Position numbers and translations under genes: made by a program. This document shows, piece by piece, positions 29,155 to 47,059 of a stretch of 64,000 nucleotides of DNA; positions within the stretch are counted from its first letter, which is position 1; each line of letters starts with the position of its first letter. The notes beneath the pieces were generated by a model. It was not told where the DNA came from, did not search any database, and worked only from the letters and a program-made list of their open reading frames with translations. The stretch is from NCBI RefSeq assembly GCF_009914755.1, contig NC_060941.1; one strand, written 5' to 3'. Source of the stretch: the human T2T-CHM13v2.0 reference genome, Homo sapiens.

Positions 29155-29710
29155 AATAGCAAACACTTTTCTAGGTTTGAAAATAAGACCTAAATTATTG
29201 GATTTAAATTATTGGATTTTTGGATTTAAATGGCGTGTAGAGTCTCAAGCAACATTAAAAAGTAAGCTCTACCTAGAAACATTAGGTTAAAACTAACATT
29301 GAAGACCAAGGAAAAAATCCAAAAACAATGAGAATGAAAGATGAAATACCTAAAGAAGGACAACTATGAGATAGGCAGACTTTTCATAAGCAATATGCCA
29401 ACATACAATGTAATTATGTCTTCAATGTGCTAATGGAAACAACCATTACCCTAGAATTCTATACCCAGCTAAAAGTATCATTCAACATCATGGCCAAATA
29501 AGAACATTTTCAGAAGAACCCTCACTGACTCTTGCTGAAATAAATACTAACGTATCAGCTTCAGAAGGAGGAAATTGAACACAGAGGACTGGAGTGGAAT
29601 TGCAGTTACACTAGTACGAAACAAATTGGCGAACATTTTGATAACTTGAAATAAACAATGATGTATAAATAAGGAGCTAATTTGGAGGAGAGGATTAAAA
29701 ACAAGGAAAA

Positions 29711-30018
<308 letters not shown>

Positions 30019-30285
30019 TTAAACATAAAATGGTAGCTTGGAAAAGGAGATCAGAACTGAACTGTTTCTGGTCTGGAGATTTTGATTGGCCTGATTTTCT
30101 TTTTTAATGTCAAGTATGCATTTTAAATATCTAAAAGAATGAATTAGAACGTGTAGTTTTCAAGCTTGTAGAAGGGAAAAGTAGAATGAAAAAACCAAAT
30201 CAATTTAATAAAAGGCAGGAGAGAAGAAAAAGGAAGCAAAGAAAAAGTACATTAATCTTAAATGCAAAATAACATAATAGAAGTA

Positions 30286-31007
<722 letters not shown>

Positions 31008-31380
31008 TCATACTAAATATACCAGCAATCATAATAAATATAAATAGCTTAACTTATTAGTTAAAAGAAAACTTTTCAAATTGGATTAAACAATTTTAGT
31101 TTCATATTATTTATAAGAGAAATTATTAATTGGTTGACTTAAATATTGATTTCAGACATCATGGCTCAAAAGTTTGAAAAAGAAGTCGACAAAAATATGT
31201 ACCAGGAAAAACAAAACAAAGAAAATTTGAGTAGTGAAATTTTTATTAGATGAAATTGATTTTAAGACAAAATGCATTGGTGTGGATAAAAAAGCATTAC
31301 TAGTAATTAGTAAAAGCATTCATGAGAAAGCTACAGAAATTCTAGTCTAATGATATAGACTTAAAATATAAGGGAAAATG

Positions 31381-31685
31381 GGCTGGGCACGGTGGCTCAT
31401 GCCTGTAATCCCAGCACTTTCGGAGGCCAAGGAAGGTGGATCACTTGAGGTCAGGACTTCAAGACCAGCCTGGCCAACAAGGTGAAACCCTGTCTCTACT
31501 AAAAATGCAAAAATTAGCTGGGCATGGTGGTGCGTGCCTGTAATCCCAGCTACTCAGGAGGCTGATGCAGGAGAATTGCTGGAACCTGGGAGGCACAGGT
31601 TGCAGGCAGCTGAGATTGCACCACCGCACTCCAGTCTGGACGGCAGAGTGAAACTCTGTCTCAAAAAAAAAAAAAAAAAAAAAAA
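31381..31685 (+). mobile_element. AluSx-like
   Basis: Full Alu with poly(A). Confidence 0.95.
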
Positions 31686-32262
31686 CCACACACGCACATA
31701 CATATATTGGAAAATGAACAGAACTCTAAAGAAAATTAACACATTCACAATTATCGATGTCAATATATCTCTATCAGAAACTACTACATCAAGAAGACAA
31801 AGGAAGACTTGATGTCTGTTCTTATATATCCATGAACAACCTTTCCATTGTTTTTTTCAAGCATACAGAACAGTTATGTTTACTGACTACAAAGACCACA
31901 TAATTGATATTGTACTGAATATATTCTTTGACTACCATACATTAAAATAGGAAACCATTTTTTAAAAGTAATCAATAAAAAACCCCTATTCTTTTAATAG
32001 GTACATTTCCAAGAAGTAGTTAAAAAAGGAATCATGTCAGGAGGTCTGAAATACTTAGAATCACACAACAATCACAGCAATATATGTGAGATAGAGATTT
32101 ATATGCTAGAAAAAACAAAAAGTTGAAAAATCAATGAATTAACCATTTGACTCAAAAAGTTAGTAAAAGAGAAAACCTAAACAAATAAGACATTGTAATA
32201 AGAAGAAATTAAATAAAAAAAGAAATAATAAGGAAGGTAAACAAAAGTAGTGCATATATGTT

Positions 32263-32577
<315 letters not shown>

Positions 32578-34945
32578 AGTGGTGCATTTTTATTAAAACA
32601 GAACAATATTCAAAGAAGACATAAAACTCACCATACATCTCATTCTGTGCCAATGTTTTCTATTAACACTTTTGTGCAAATCCTTCCTGTTTTACGTAGA
32701 GAGATGGAACAAATAAATACTCATGCTATGACAAAGATTGAGGAAGAGAATTGCTGTCTTTCCAAACATAGACTGAATTTCTGAAGCAGGAAATGTGGTT
32801 TGCAAGAGGCAGCTGGGAGAAAGGAAGACTCCTACTCTGTTTCTTGGTCCTGGCATTTGGGCGTGGGAGGAATACACCAACATGAGAGAGTTGCAGAAGT
32901 CTCAGCAGACACCTGGGTTTCCACTGGGTAGGAAAGAGGCAAGGCCTTTCAGAGAAGAGATTGAGGATATAGGGAAGTGTGCTGGTCATAATCAGGAATT
33001 CCAGAGATCACACTGACGGGGGTTAGAGGGCAAGGAGATGGTGATGAATTGGATCAGTCTGGAGAGAGTACAAAATATAGGGAATAGAGTTCCAGTGATA
33101 ATGGATCATTTTAGCACAGTTGGACACCTGAAAGGGACTGTGATCCACAGGGAGGAGGGGTGTGACATGGTTGTTCCTGGTGGTCTTTTAGAGAACTGAT
33201 AAGTAATCAGTTGAAACTGTGGTCTTCAAACTTGAATAAGATGATGAGGGGGTCTTAGAGAGAGAGATCTTTCCTAAAACTCAAGAAGGTTGCTGGGGAA
33301 GGGGATGAAGTCAGAGGGAGGCTGCTCTACTCACCATTTAGTCACCCTTGCGGTTTCTCTTTCTGTATTTTCTACTAATTTCTGGTCTACTGAGAACACC
33401 TCTTTTTATTGTTTAGTATAATTATGCACTATTGTATTTAAATGTTCTCCTGCCAATTCTAGGAATGGGGCAGGAAGAAAAGTTTGTGACTTGAGCTCAG
33501 TGTCCCATCTAGATCTGAAGGCAAAGCTTCAGTTTGGTCCTTATTTTCCCTTGACTACGGGGTTCAAGTTCTTCTTTCTGCTGAGCTACTTCAAAAAATA
33601 ATTTTTCTCCAAAGTTCACAGTTCCTGATTAAAGCCGACTAAGATGAACAACAGAGCAGGGCAGGATATCAGAAAAAAAATTTAAATGAAGAGCTTGAAT
33701 TAAGTTACATTTGTCATTCTATCAATCATATTTCCCATGTCACTTCTGAAATGTCCGTTGGGCTTGGCCTCCACAAGACCTGCAGGAAGAGGTTTATTTT
33801 CCCTCAAGACCTGAATGTGCTCTCTGTGGCCCCAGTAGGAGTCCTTACACCTACTGTGGCCACCTTCTTTGATTAAAATTCATTTCTATATCTCAGATGA
33901 CTCAGGCAGGACATGCCTGTGTAGTTTTACAGGTGACAGTTTTTCCGAGTGCTCACAAACTCTGTGTTTTACAAGTACATTTGTTCCTTGCAGACTTTTG
34001 GCTGCACTATAAGCTCAGGCTGAGAAAGAATAGTTGATTCTGGTTATCAAAGCTTTGTCTAAATAAACGAGGACCTCACTGTATCTCTCTTGGCTATAGA
34101 GCTAGGTATATGGACAGTCCATCTTGGAGACTCTCCAAAGTGAGAATAGTTATTGAAGTCTAAAATAAGGACTCCTTATAAGGAAGTTTCACCTAAGAAG
34201 AAGGCCCCCAGCGTTGGCTTAGCAAATAACATTCTAGTGTAGCTCCAGGATATTGGAGCCAAATGTGATTCTCCCTGCCCTCAACCAAAGACCCAGCCTG
34301 GTTTTTATAGGCCAGACATAAATCTGAGAAAGTGTTTATAAAATAGACTGGGTCTATCTGGAAGGCTTGAAAAACAACTTTTATAGGTTCATTCTTAGGA
34401 AATCGATTTGAGGATATTTAGAGGAGTTGCTCTTGTACGAAATGGAATCCTTCTCACCTTATCTCCCCCTGTCCAGTTGGGGTGCATGATTCATTCAACA
34501 AAACAGCACTATTAATTTCAGGCTCCTCATACTCTTATGGGCAAGGAGACCTGCCTTACTGAGCCCACCATTAAAGGGCAGAGAGAACCTTTATTAAATA
34601 TTTATTGGTGGACCTCAAATCTCAATGCTTGCCTTTCTACCTGGTGACACCATTTCAAGTTTGTATTCCCACTTGGTATTCCAGGATCTTATCCATAAGA
34701 AATTTTGGGCTATAAGTTCCTCTGAAGCACATTGTGCTAAACCTGCCGATTTTATAGTTGAGGAGGCTGATGACCTGAGAAAAGGACCCTCTTCTTTCAG
34801 TAAACACCAAAACATGATGCTTGACCCTTTGTGGGATACAAAAATACATGGGTCAATGTCCTTGTCATCAGTGATTGTTACTTACAGGTGTAAGAATAAT
34901 TGTAATATGTAATTGTAATATGTGATGTGATAAGAGCTGTAAATG

Positions 34946-35342
<397 letters not shown>

Positions 35343-35348
35343 TTATTG

Positions 35349-35812
35349 TTATTTTTTATTTCCCATTTTTTTCTTTTAACTTTTATTTTAGGTTTGGGGT
35401 GCATGTGCAAGTTTATTATGTAGGTAAACTGGTGTCACAAGGGTTTAGTGTACAGATTATCTCATCATCCAGGTACTAAGCATAGTACCCAATAGGCTTC
35501 TTAAAAAATCCTTTCCCTCCTCCCAACCGCTACCCTCAAGTAGGCCCCAGTAGTAGGCCACAGTGTCTGTTGTTTCCCTCTTTGTGTCCATGTGTCCATG
35601 TGTTCTCATTATTTAGCTCCCACTTATAATAAGTGAGAACATGCGGTTTTTGGTTTTCTGTTTCTGCATTAGTTTGCCAGGGGTAATGGTCTCCAGCTCC
35701 ATCCATATTGCTCCAAATGACATGCTCTTGTTCTTTTTTACAGCTGCATGTTATTCCACAATGTATATGTACTACATTTGCTTTATCCAGTCTAATGCTG
35801 ATGGGCATTTAG
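35349..35812 (-). mobile_element. L1PA13-16-like 3' fragment
   Basis: tgtacagattatctcatcatccaggtactaagcatagtaccc 3'UTR; TSD gcaacctgRtaattaYt (35331-35347, 35813-35829). Confidence 0.9.
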
Positions 35813-37148
35813 GCAACCTGATAATTACTATGATGTACTTCGCATTTAAGGGCAATTGGGTGAATCTTGGGATTTTTGCCCTCTGCAGATGGGAGTTACA
35901 AGTAAATCTGCTGTATTGAGAAATCCTCTGGCATGGAAAGGAAACGCTAGGAAGTTCAGTTTGGTCAGAGGGTAGACCAAAGTAAGAAAAGAATAATAAA
36001 TAAGGTGGGAGAAATGGATTGGGACAAGATTACAGGTGAAAAAGAATGGCCAAGGCATATTGAGCAGGAGCTAGATTTCAGGGGGCTAAGCAGCGAGTGG
36101 TTGATGAGAATACCGAGACAGACAATGAAAAATCCTTATGAGTCATTTGCTAATAGAGAAAAATAAAGATTAGTAGGAGTTTGTGGGAGAAAACAATGTC
36201 TGCAGGGAATAAGCATAGGTAGAGAGGGAAGTTGCAATGAAACTAGTTGCATTGAAAGCCAGGATTTTCTGATGACTGGAACCCTAGTGAGGGTGCATGC
36301 TCTGCTCCTGAATGCATTGGTATGACAAGCATTTCCCAGAATCTAAAAACCTGAAGGTGCTATTTCATCTCTCATGTCATCACTAAGAATCTTGAATTTA
36401 GAAATCTAGAGCTGAGCTGATCGTTATGAGGCTGAGAATTGCCCCCAGGTGAGTGGGACGCTTGGATGATGTACAGACTGACACACTGCACACCAGGGTG
36501 GGCTCACAGCTCTGTACTCATGCGTCATCTGGGGACACTGAGGCTGTGCAGTGTCATGATGGGAGGCATTCACAAGGTTCTGCAAAATATAGCGAATAGC
36601 CAGCCATTTGGATTACCCTGACTCTGCAGATCAGATCAAAGGAGATTAAGTTGAAGTGCATCCCTCTTTAGTGAAGCACTTGGCAAATGTCTCAATTCTT
36701 TTAGAGATGATTTTGAGTTTTGTAGAATTAAGTCTTTTTTTTTCCCCCAAGCATATTTCTCCCAGTTTTCAAAAGGTTGGTTACTTGTGGGAAATTTAAT
36801 CCACATGTTTATGATTCACTTCGACTCCACTCCTTTCAAATTTATCTTTGGAGCATGAGTTGGTACTTGAGAAGCGTTTTAAAGTTCAGGACTTTTTAGA
36901 ACTGGAGAGTTATTTTGCTAGATGTGTCTCGAAAACACATATCAAAAATTTTCGTAAAATCAAAACTCAGAGTTTGGAGGGTGGTCTGAATGTCCCAAAC
37001 TCCCAACTCTTGGCAATGTATTTCCAACAGCTGATCTGTAGGCAAAGGACAGTGTAAGTGTGCAAGGAGCTCCTTCGCTGAGTGGTAAAGGAAGGGTGTC
37101 TGTGTTTACAGGAGTGCCATCCCAGTCTCTTAAAATATTCCCAGAGAC

Positions 37149-37559
<411 letters not shown>

Positions 37560-37574
37560 TTATGCCTAGATCCT

Positions 37575-37700
37575 TGGGCTGGCAGAACAATTCTAGATCA
37601 CCTCATGTCTAATTTAACCTCTTCATTTTACAGGTGAAACTCAAAAAGATTCAATGTCTTGCTCAAGGTTTCACACAGTTTAGTGTTAGAATCTCTTCGT
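37575..37700 (-). mobile_element. MIR fragment
   Basis: cattttacaggtgaaactc...ttgctcaaggtttcacacag. Confidence 0.6.
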
Positions 37701-39282
37701 GTTTCCACCATGTCCATTTCATGCCAATAAGAAGAAACTTTGATAAGAGTTGAGGTCATTCCACTGGGACCAGGGGTGGAATGGTGGGCAAAGTGGTGGA
37801 GGCAGTTTTTGGTGGGTGGAGAGACATTGAGCACTTCCTTCCACCTGCTCTGCCCTCTTTGAGTTTCTTTCTCTTTCAGATTATCTGTTTGCTTTGGGTT
37901 GCTTCTCCCCTTTGGAAGATAGGGTTTCTGCAAAAGGATACTGATGGAATGGGGTTCTTAAAGTCTGACATCCAAAGAGGTGTCACATGGGAAAGGGTGG
38001 AGTACTCCATTGTGAAGTCCTGTTTTCTGCAGTATTATTTAAGGGATACTGGGATCCAGCTGATTGCTCTGTAAACAAATGCCTTCACTGCTCAAATGGA
38101 TACATATTTCCTGTTCCAGAACACTAATGCTTACTTGATGAGTCAATGGGTGACCAGTCTAAGTATGTTGGATCCACTCAGTCACTGCAGGGGAAATCTA
38201 TTGACCTTGGATACACACTTTGGCCCAGAACGGCTACACTTGGTTATTTAATTTAGTTGTACAAAATGTGGGAAATAGATGCATATCAGCAAAGGTCTTG
38301 GTCTTTGTTCAGCAAGGAAACTAGTGAAATTTATGAAGGGTTTTTATCAGACTGAGGTCAATGGAACATATTCACACACATACCATTTAAAATAGCATTT
38401 ATTTGTTTTATAAATGATTATAAAAGTACTATAATTTCATTGTGGAAAACTTGAAAAATGCCAAAAGTATAAAGAAGAAAAAATGAACAAATCACTTACA
38501 ATTTCACTACTTAGAGATAACTAATGTTAACATTGACATTGGAGAGTTTCCTGGGGTTTTTTTAGTGGATTTACAGATTTTTAATATTTTTTTACAAAAC
38601 ATACATTTTTCATAGGTTATAAACTGTTTTATTTTTTGGTGTTTTTTTTTAGTTGTAAAGATCAGAAAGAGAAAAAGATGTTTCATAAGCCTAGTCTAAG
38701 ACCAATAACCATGGGTTTATTGGGTCTCTAGGACTCGTATGAGATCCAGTGCATTTTGGGCCCTTTGCAGGGCCTGAAGCAGATGAAATTCATAGATTTT
38801 TTCTCTAAAGCTCCCCCTATTAATGTAACTCACTTATTCGGCCTAGGTTGCTTTCCTTTCTGTCTCTTACTTCTCCTCCCACCACTACTAACCAATCTCC
38901 ATTTTCTCTACCTGGTAGCTTCTTCTCACATCATAACTTCTCATTTCTTGTATTTTTGGTTTGCTGTGACTCACACACAGCCCTGTTCTACCTCATGGCC
39001 TCTCTTTCCACATATCATTTGTCTGACATTTTTCAGTTCAAACGATTCAGAGAGAGAATCTGATTTATTCAGCTAACGACTCTTTTTCTCTATTTGAGTA
39101 CATCTTGCACACAGGCTCGGCCGTAAGTTGCTGGCCAGTTGAGACAATTACTTCTCTAACCCATTTACGTATGGGCAGATGATGAGGAAGTTCAGCTAAC
39201 ATTTAGCAAATTATATAGAAGACAGTAAAAATTTATCCCAAATCCTGCCACTCAATAGTGACTACTGTTAATACTTTTGTGA

Positions 39283-39643
<361 letters not shown>

Positions 39644-40194
39644 TAAAACTTGATTACATTTTGTTTTTTAGCCGAACATTATAGCTTAAAATAGTTTCTT
39701 ATACTTTTAGCTATTTTTCTAAAACCTGACTTGTAGTGGTGTACAATAGTCAATTTTATGAGCATAGCAATACTCTGTTTCACAATTTCAGTATTACTAG
39801 GTACTTTCTGGTGTGTGCCGTGGAAGAGCCTGCATCCTATGTCATATAATGGCAACATTTCCTAACATTGGAAAAGGTATTCCATTTCTAGGTGGCCAAA
39901 AAGTGCCAAATATCTATGATACGGTCACAGGTGGACAATGTAGTTTTATGATAATGAGGACATGTGTTCTGTCTTTTTTTTTTTTTTCAAATTTATTTTC
40001 TTAGACCATATGACATCTATTTTGCCATATAGTGTCAGGAAGTAATTTAACCTTAAACATTTTTTTTCCTAAAAGTTTAACTTATTGTCCTAGAACCATT
40101 TATTCACTTAACCGTTCTCTCTCAGTTGATTTGGAATGTCGTAGGATTATTTCCTTGATTCTCAGATGCAAATGACTGTGAGATTCATCCCTGA

Positions 40195-40526
<332 letters not shown>

Positions 40527-41139
40527 AAAATTCTTGAGTCACATCCTGATTTCAGAAATATTAAAATGAAGACAATGTGGTACTAACTCGTCATACCAAT
40601 CTGGGTGTTTCTCGGCTTTCTAGTCTCTTGCACTGACCTATTTTGAAGCATATTATTTATCTGCTTATAATATTTATGTTTGTTTATTTATTCTCATTTA
40701 TTCCTCTACCCCATCTCCATTCTCTTTCTTTCCAGCTCCCATAAGCAACTATTTTAACATTTTAAATATGCATTTGTTTATTTGACTGTATCATTTTGAA
40801 TGTGTATTATCGTGTGGCCTATATTGTTATTTTTTTTCTGTTGTAGATCTCACTCTGTTGTCACTTTTTAGACTACATCCTATGTGTCTGAGAGCCATTG
40901 TGTTGCTGTTTCTGATAGCCGGGTAGCACTTTGTGGTGTGTTCACAGATCTCATCTCTTCAGGGTTTGTATCATGTTATGCCAGGTCCACTAAATAAATT
41001 TTGAGGTTTTCCACGTTTTGTTTTATAATATGTTGGCAAACTTTAACATGTACAGAATACATGTTCCTTAAAAGTTTGAAAAATTTAATCTGTAAAACAA
41101 TTTGCCTCTGGTGCCATTTGGGGAATAGTTGTTAAAATT

Positions 41140-41140
<1 letters not shown>

Positions 41141-41181
<41 letters not shown>

Positions 41182-41230
41182 CAAAACAAAAAAAAAACAA
41201 AAAAAAAACAAAACAACAAAAAAAAAACAC
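41141..41230. repeat. (CA)n microsatellite followed by A-rich (CAAAA)n
   Basis: Direct. Confidence 0.95.
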
Positions 41231-42611
41231 CCCATCATTCTTTCTGTCATTTTTGATTTATTCAAGTTTTTTTCTTCTTATAGGGAAATTTTTAAGAATT
41301 AATATTTTTGAGAACATATACTTTTCAAATCTAGTAGCCTATAGTTACTAATAATTTTTTTATGAATTCAGTGTAATCTCTTTTTTATGATTGTGGTTAC
41401 ATTGTTCATATTCCTAATGCTTCATATTTGTATTTTTGCACTGGCTTTTTAAAAAGTAACTTCACTTTTTTTCTGATATAAAAGTAATATATGCTTATTT
41501 AATAAGGGGTCTTTAGCCATTCCCTATGTGTGCAATTAACCTTGTCCAGAACTTGTTCTATTATATAATTTTTATTAAAAAACCAAGTTTTAAAAATCAA
41601 TTTAAATGCTTTTTAGTTTTACTAAATACATTTAAAAAATAATTTTATCTTCGTCTATTCCCTCTACCTGCATTTTTTAGATTTATTTTTTGTTCTATTT
41701 TAGCTTATTGAATTGGATACTTCATTCTCATAGTTTCTGTCTGTCTTGTTTAATAATAAAATCTCAGTGCTATTAATTTTCCTCAGTATATCTTTGGCCA
41801 CAGCCCCTATATTTTACATGTTCTGTTCTTCTTTGTCATAATTTTTTAAATAAGCTGTACTTGTAGTTTTTATTTCTTCTTTGTCTCAAGAGTTATTTAA
41901 GAGCATTTGACATTTCTAGTGTTTTTAAAAAATTCTTCTGTTATGAATTTCTGGGTTTATTACATTGTGGTTAGAGAATGTGAGAATGCAGTCTGCATTG
42001 TTTCTACTTTTTGGAAAATAGTAAGATTTTCTTTGTGGCTTAATATATGAACATATTTTGTTAATGTTCCACGGCACTTGAAAAGAATACGTGTTTCCTG
42101 AGTATATCTGAAGTTTTATATACATCTATTAAATCAAACATATTAATGTGTTATTCAAATTCTCTATATCTTTTTCTCTTCCTGCATACATGTGTATGTG
42201 TGTTTGGTCTATTTGAACTGGAAAAGCCTGAAGATGTTATATGAATGACTCCCACTGCAACTATAGTTTCGTCAGTTTCTTCATGTGTTGCCAAGTTTTT
42301 TGCTGTCTCTACTTCATTGGTGGAATTGATGAAGCATCTCCCTACGTTTCATTAGTTGTGTTCTCTAAAATGTTGAAAGGACAGGCACATCAGGAAGCAA
42401 AAGGTGTCTGTATTTTACCTAGCCTGGTTTGATTGGTGTTGTAGGGGAAATTTTGGCCCTATTCTAACATTAATTCAACCTTGGTTATCATTGGTAGGTG
42501 AGTTCCTATTTTTCTGTATCTTTGTGTCTTCCTTTATATACTCCTCAATATGTATTTATGGAAGACTTCTTCCATCTGTTTTCATTGCACACTGACTATG
42601 TATTTATTGGA

Positions 42612-42915
42612 AAACATTTTAAATTTTGTGTGCCCCTCCCAGTGAGAGGATTATTTGTTCTCACCTCAAAGAAATCTGGTTCTGCCATGTGACTTGCTTT
42701 GGCCAATAGACTGTGATCAGAAGAGATGTATGCCACATCGAAGTGTCTTGCTTACAGCATCATTGCACAGTCTGTCACTGTCCTTTTCTCTGCTCTAGGA
42801 AAAGCATGTCCAAATAGGGGCCACTCTCTCATCCTGGTCCCTGAATGAAAACAATCCAGTGTGTCAGCCAAAACTCAGAGAGAGCTGACTAGTATGGACA
42901 TGCATTGTGTACTGG
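42612..42915 (+). mobile_element. MLT1H/I/J-like LTR fragment
   Basis: gccatgtgacttgctttggccaat MLT1 hallmark. Confidence 0.7.
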
Positions 42916-44544
42916 GTCCTGTTTTAGGCATTGCAGATCTAATCAGAATGGAAACCAGCATGGCCCCTGTTCGCCTAATGCTTATGGAAAGTTGGAAGAG
43001 TCTATGAAATGCTGCTAGCCACTATTTTTACAGGCCTCAGTCATATCTGATAGTTTTCTTTATATGGAATCTATATACTTCCTATTTGGCATTTCCAAAA
43101 TACTTTTTGTTATTGTGAATATAATCTTTTTCGTCATGTTATTTAAGAACTCGTAGCTGCTATATGGGAAATCTATAGATTTGTATTTTTACTTATATTA
43201 TCTGGACACATTATTAAGGTCTCATAATTATATAGTTATTTACTAGATTTTCCAGGTATATAATCATATTTCAAATCAATTAGTAATTTGCTTTTCCTTT
43301 GCAATGATTATAAACCAACTTCTCTTCTATATCTCATTTAATTGGCCAGATTTTCATAAAAGTGTTAAATAATGTAATAGTATTTTCCCTGATTTTATTA
43401 GGAAAGTGGCCAGTGTTTGACTCTTAAGATATGACTTATTTGTTTAAGACAAATCATCTTTGCCATGTTGAGAAGATCATTTTTTGTTTGCAGTTTTCTC
43501 TGAGTTCTTATTCTGAATATGTGTAGCATTTTAACAAATGCCTTTTTAGTGTCTACTGAGATTTTTGCATGCCTATCTGTATTTTGTTAATAGATTTCCC
43601 AATATTAAAATACGTCAGCATTCCTCGGATAAATCTAGTTATTATGATGGATGGTCTTTTAGTATACAATTTTGTTCAGTTGTCGTATATTTTATTTAGC
43701 ACTTAAACATTTGTGTTCCTAATTGGCTTTTTCTATAGGTTTTTTTTTGTGTGTGTGGGTACTATCTTTGTGAGATTTTGGTATTAAGATTATACTTCCT
43801 TGTAGGAGAGACTTTAAATTTTATTTTATTTTTTTACTATTCAGGAACAGTTTATATTGCATGGGGATTATCTGTTCCTTGAAAGTTTGAACTGACTTGA
43901 TAATAAAACTGTCTGGGTGTACATCTCTTTAGGAGTAATACTTTAGTAATTTCCTCAGTTCCTTTGATGGTTTTATTTTTCAGATATGTATTGCTTTAGT
44001 CAGGTCTGTGGTGGCTCCTTGGACTAGGAGTTGGTTCAGATCTGAGCCTCTCGCCTAATGGAAGATTACATCACCTGATCAGACTGGATGTTTAACAGAA
44101 TTCAGCCTCTTGCATCATAGTATTTACCTTGAGTGAAAATTTCATGTTAAGCACTTGTTAAATTGCCTAAAGCACAGAGAGCTGAGACTTCAAGTTGTGT
44201 GTCTGTTTTTGTTTCTCCCCATTAGCCCATATTTTTATGTGTGCTAGAATTTGATTTGAGATGTGCTTTCATTGTAACAGATATCAGGAAATGAAACTGG
44301 TTGGGGTGCAGCACGCCTAGGTCCTTCCTAGATTTCTAATTATTGGAATTTGCTGGGTATTCACAAAATAAACTGGAAATTATGAGCAACCCAATTGGTC
44401 TGGGTTGGTGTGTTCTCAACAGTCCTTTTGCTGCCTATGAGTGGAGTTGGCAAAGGAGTATTCTGGCCGCCTCTAAAGCATTCCCTGCACAGTGAAGAAA
44501 GAGCTGCCATTGGTAGTAACCTTAAGGACCCAAGTGAATTGTTT

Positions 44545-45018
44545 TTTTGGAGCTGCCATAGCAAAGTACCACACACGGGGTGACTTAAAACAACAGAAAT
44601 TCATCGTCTCACAGTTCTGGAGGCCAGAAGTCCGAGATGAGATAAAGATGTTGGCAGAGCTGGTCCTATCAGTGGGCTGTGAGGGAGAATCTGTTCCAGG
44701 CCTTTTTCCTAGCATCTGGTTGTTCTGATGGAGATCTTCGGTGTTTCTTGGTTGTAGATGTATTGCTTCATATTCACATGCTTCTCCCTTCTTCCTGCAT
44801 CCCTTTCACATCATCTTCCCTCTATGCACATCTGTCTCAGTGTCCAAATTTACCCTTTTATAAGGACAACAGTCATTGAATTAGGGCCCACCGTAATGGC
44901 CTCATTTTAACGTGGTGACTTCTTTTAAGGCCCGATCTCCAAATAAGTTCACAATCTGAGGTTCTAGGGGTTACGACTTCCACTTATCTTTTTTCAGGGA
45001 ATGCAATTCAGCACATAG
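44545..45018 (-). mobile_element. MLT1C-like LTR
   Basis: gctgccatagcaaagtaccacac...cacagttctggaggccagaagtcc...tctccaaataagttcac. Confidence 0.85.
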
Positions 45019-45111
45019 TTCTGAGTAGGGCTGCCGAGAGAAGGGAAGTCAGAAGGGCTTTCCTACTGTTGCTTGGACTGATGGCAGCCTCTGTTCATGC
45101 GGTGAACGTGA

Positions 45112-45430
<319 letters not shown>

Positions 45431-46149
45431 CATCAACTGTCTTTCTTACCCACTCTACCAGCCATCTCAGTAGATAGTCCTTTCAAAATCTATTAATGGA
45501 TGGTTCCAACGTTCCCAATGTTAACTTTCCAAGAAATCTTCAGCTTTGGGATTTTCTTTGTCTTTAACATTGTTTTACTGGGAGGAGGAGAGGGGCCATA
45601 ACAGGCCCTGCCAGCTAGGAGTCAGTTAAACCACAAGTTGTTCTTTCTCCTGGCTCTATTTTCCTGCCTTTTACTTTTTCCCTGTCCAAGGATCAGCAGG
45701 TTGCCTCTCCCAGGCCACACCTCCAAGAGCATCCTTGCATTGGGGTGCCCTGCTGATTGTGGCAGAGCTCGAAACTAGGGAGGCATCATTCACTTGGGCT
45801 GCAAAGACAAGGGCTTGTGCGGGAGACCATTTGTGGGTTTGGAGCTGCTCTTCACACTTGGGATATCATACTGATGGTCTCTGTGCAACCTCTGCAGGGA
45901 TCCCCAGCTGTCTTTATTGCTCACAACTTTATTATCTTCTGAAGGTTTGGAGCTTATAAAATAGCTGTTTTGGCCAAAGCTGTACAATAAAGAATCATAT
46001 TTGACTCTCACATTTCGCCTCCTCTCTTGTAGCTAAATAATGTGACATTTCGAATTTGGAATCTTCAAGTTTAGCTTACATTTTTGGCTTTTACTAATTT
46101 TATCAAGGTCTTGCTGGGATGCTTGTCAGTTTCCAAAATGCCTTGATAT

Positions 46150-46320
46150 GATCTCATCTTATTCTCGCAATAAGTTGCTTTTTCTGCTCATTTTTCATGG
46201 CAATAACTCACAGAAGTTACTGGAGGCACGGGGGCGACTTGGCCGAAATCACACAGATAGCAGTAGAGCCAGGACTCCAACTCAGGTCTGCTGACACTCA
46301 GCCCGGCTCCTTTCCATGAG
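46150..46320 (-). mobile_element. MIR
   Basis: gacttggccgaaatcacacag...gagccaggactccaactcaggtctgctgac. Confidence 0.65.
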
Positions 46321-46467
46321 GTCATCCTGCTCTCCTGCTACCTCATGGTCCAGCCAAGTCTCAGCTCGCACTCAAGATCCCAAAATACCACCACCTCCTC
46401 CCCAGAGCCTTCCCAGATTAAGCTAATAACTGACAGCTTTCCATTATATTGCTCAGTCTATCTAGAA

Positions 46468-46645
46468 CAGGGGCTGGCAAACCACTGGCTCCTTGCCCTG
46501 GTGTTGCTGGTCTACAAATGTTTTTTACATCTTTAAATGTCCATTAAAAAAAATAAAAATATTGTGGCAGAGACATAAGTGACCCTCAAAGCCTTATGAC
46601 TATTTACTATCTGACCCTTTACAGAAAAAGGTTGCCAGCCCCCGG
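46468..46645. mobile_element. MER58-like hAT-Charlie MITE
   Basis: TIRs caggggctggcaaac ... gttgccagcccc; tatttactatctgacccttt. Confidence 0.75.
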
Positions 46646-46695
46646 GTTAGATAAATGTACCTCCCTTTATCTGCTTTTAAATGTCACCTACTCTC

Positions 46696-47059
46696 TGCTA
46701 TGGAATGAATGGCCGTCAAAATTCTTGTGTTAAAACTTAATACCCATTGTGGTGGCATGAAGAGTTGGGTCCGTTTGGGAAGTGATTAAGTCATGAGGGC
46801 AGAGCCATTAGTATGGATGGATCAGTGCCGTATTAAAGGGCAGGAAGGAATTACTGTAGCTTCGGCCTTTTGCCAAGTGAGGACGCAGTAACAAGGCACC
46901 ATCTTGAAAGCAGAGCACAGCCCTCCCCAGACACCAAACCTGCCAGCGCCTTGATCTTGGACTTCCCAGCCTCCAGAATTGTGAAAAAATAAATGTCTAT
47001 TGTGTACAAGTCACCCAGTCTCAGGTATTTCATTATAGTAGCCTAAATGGAGGAAGACA
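46696..47059 (+). mobile_element. MST (MSTC/D-like) solo LTR
   Basis: tgctatgg start; cttgatcttggacttcccagcctccagaa; AATAAA; ends gaca. Confidence 0.85.

Noticed and set aside
34625-34912. 95-aa ORF with a possible acceptor ttccag at ~34684
   Set aside because: No recognisable homology and no good donor; cannot support as an exon.
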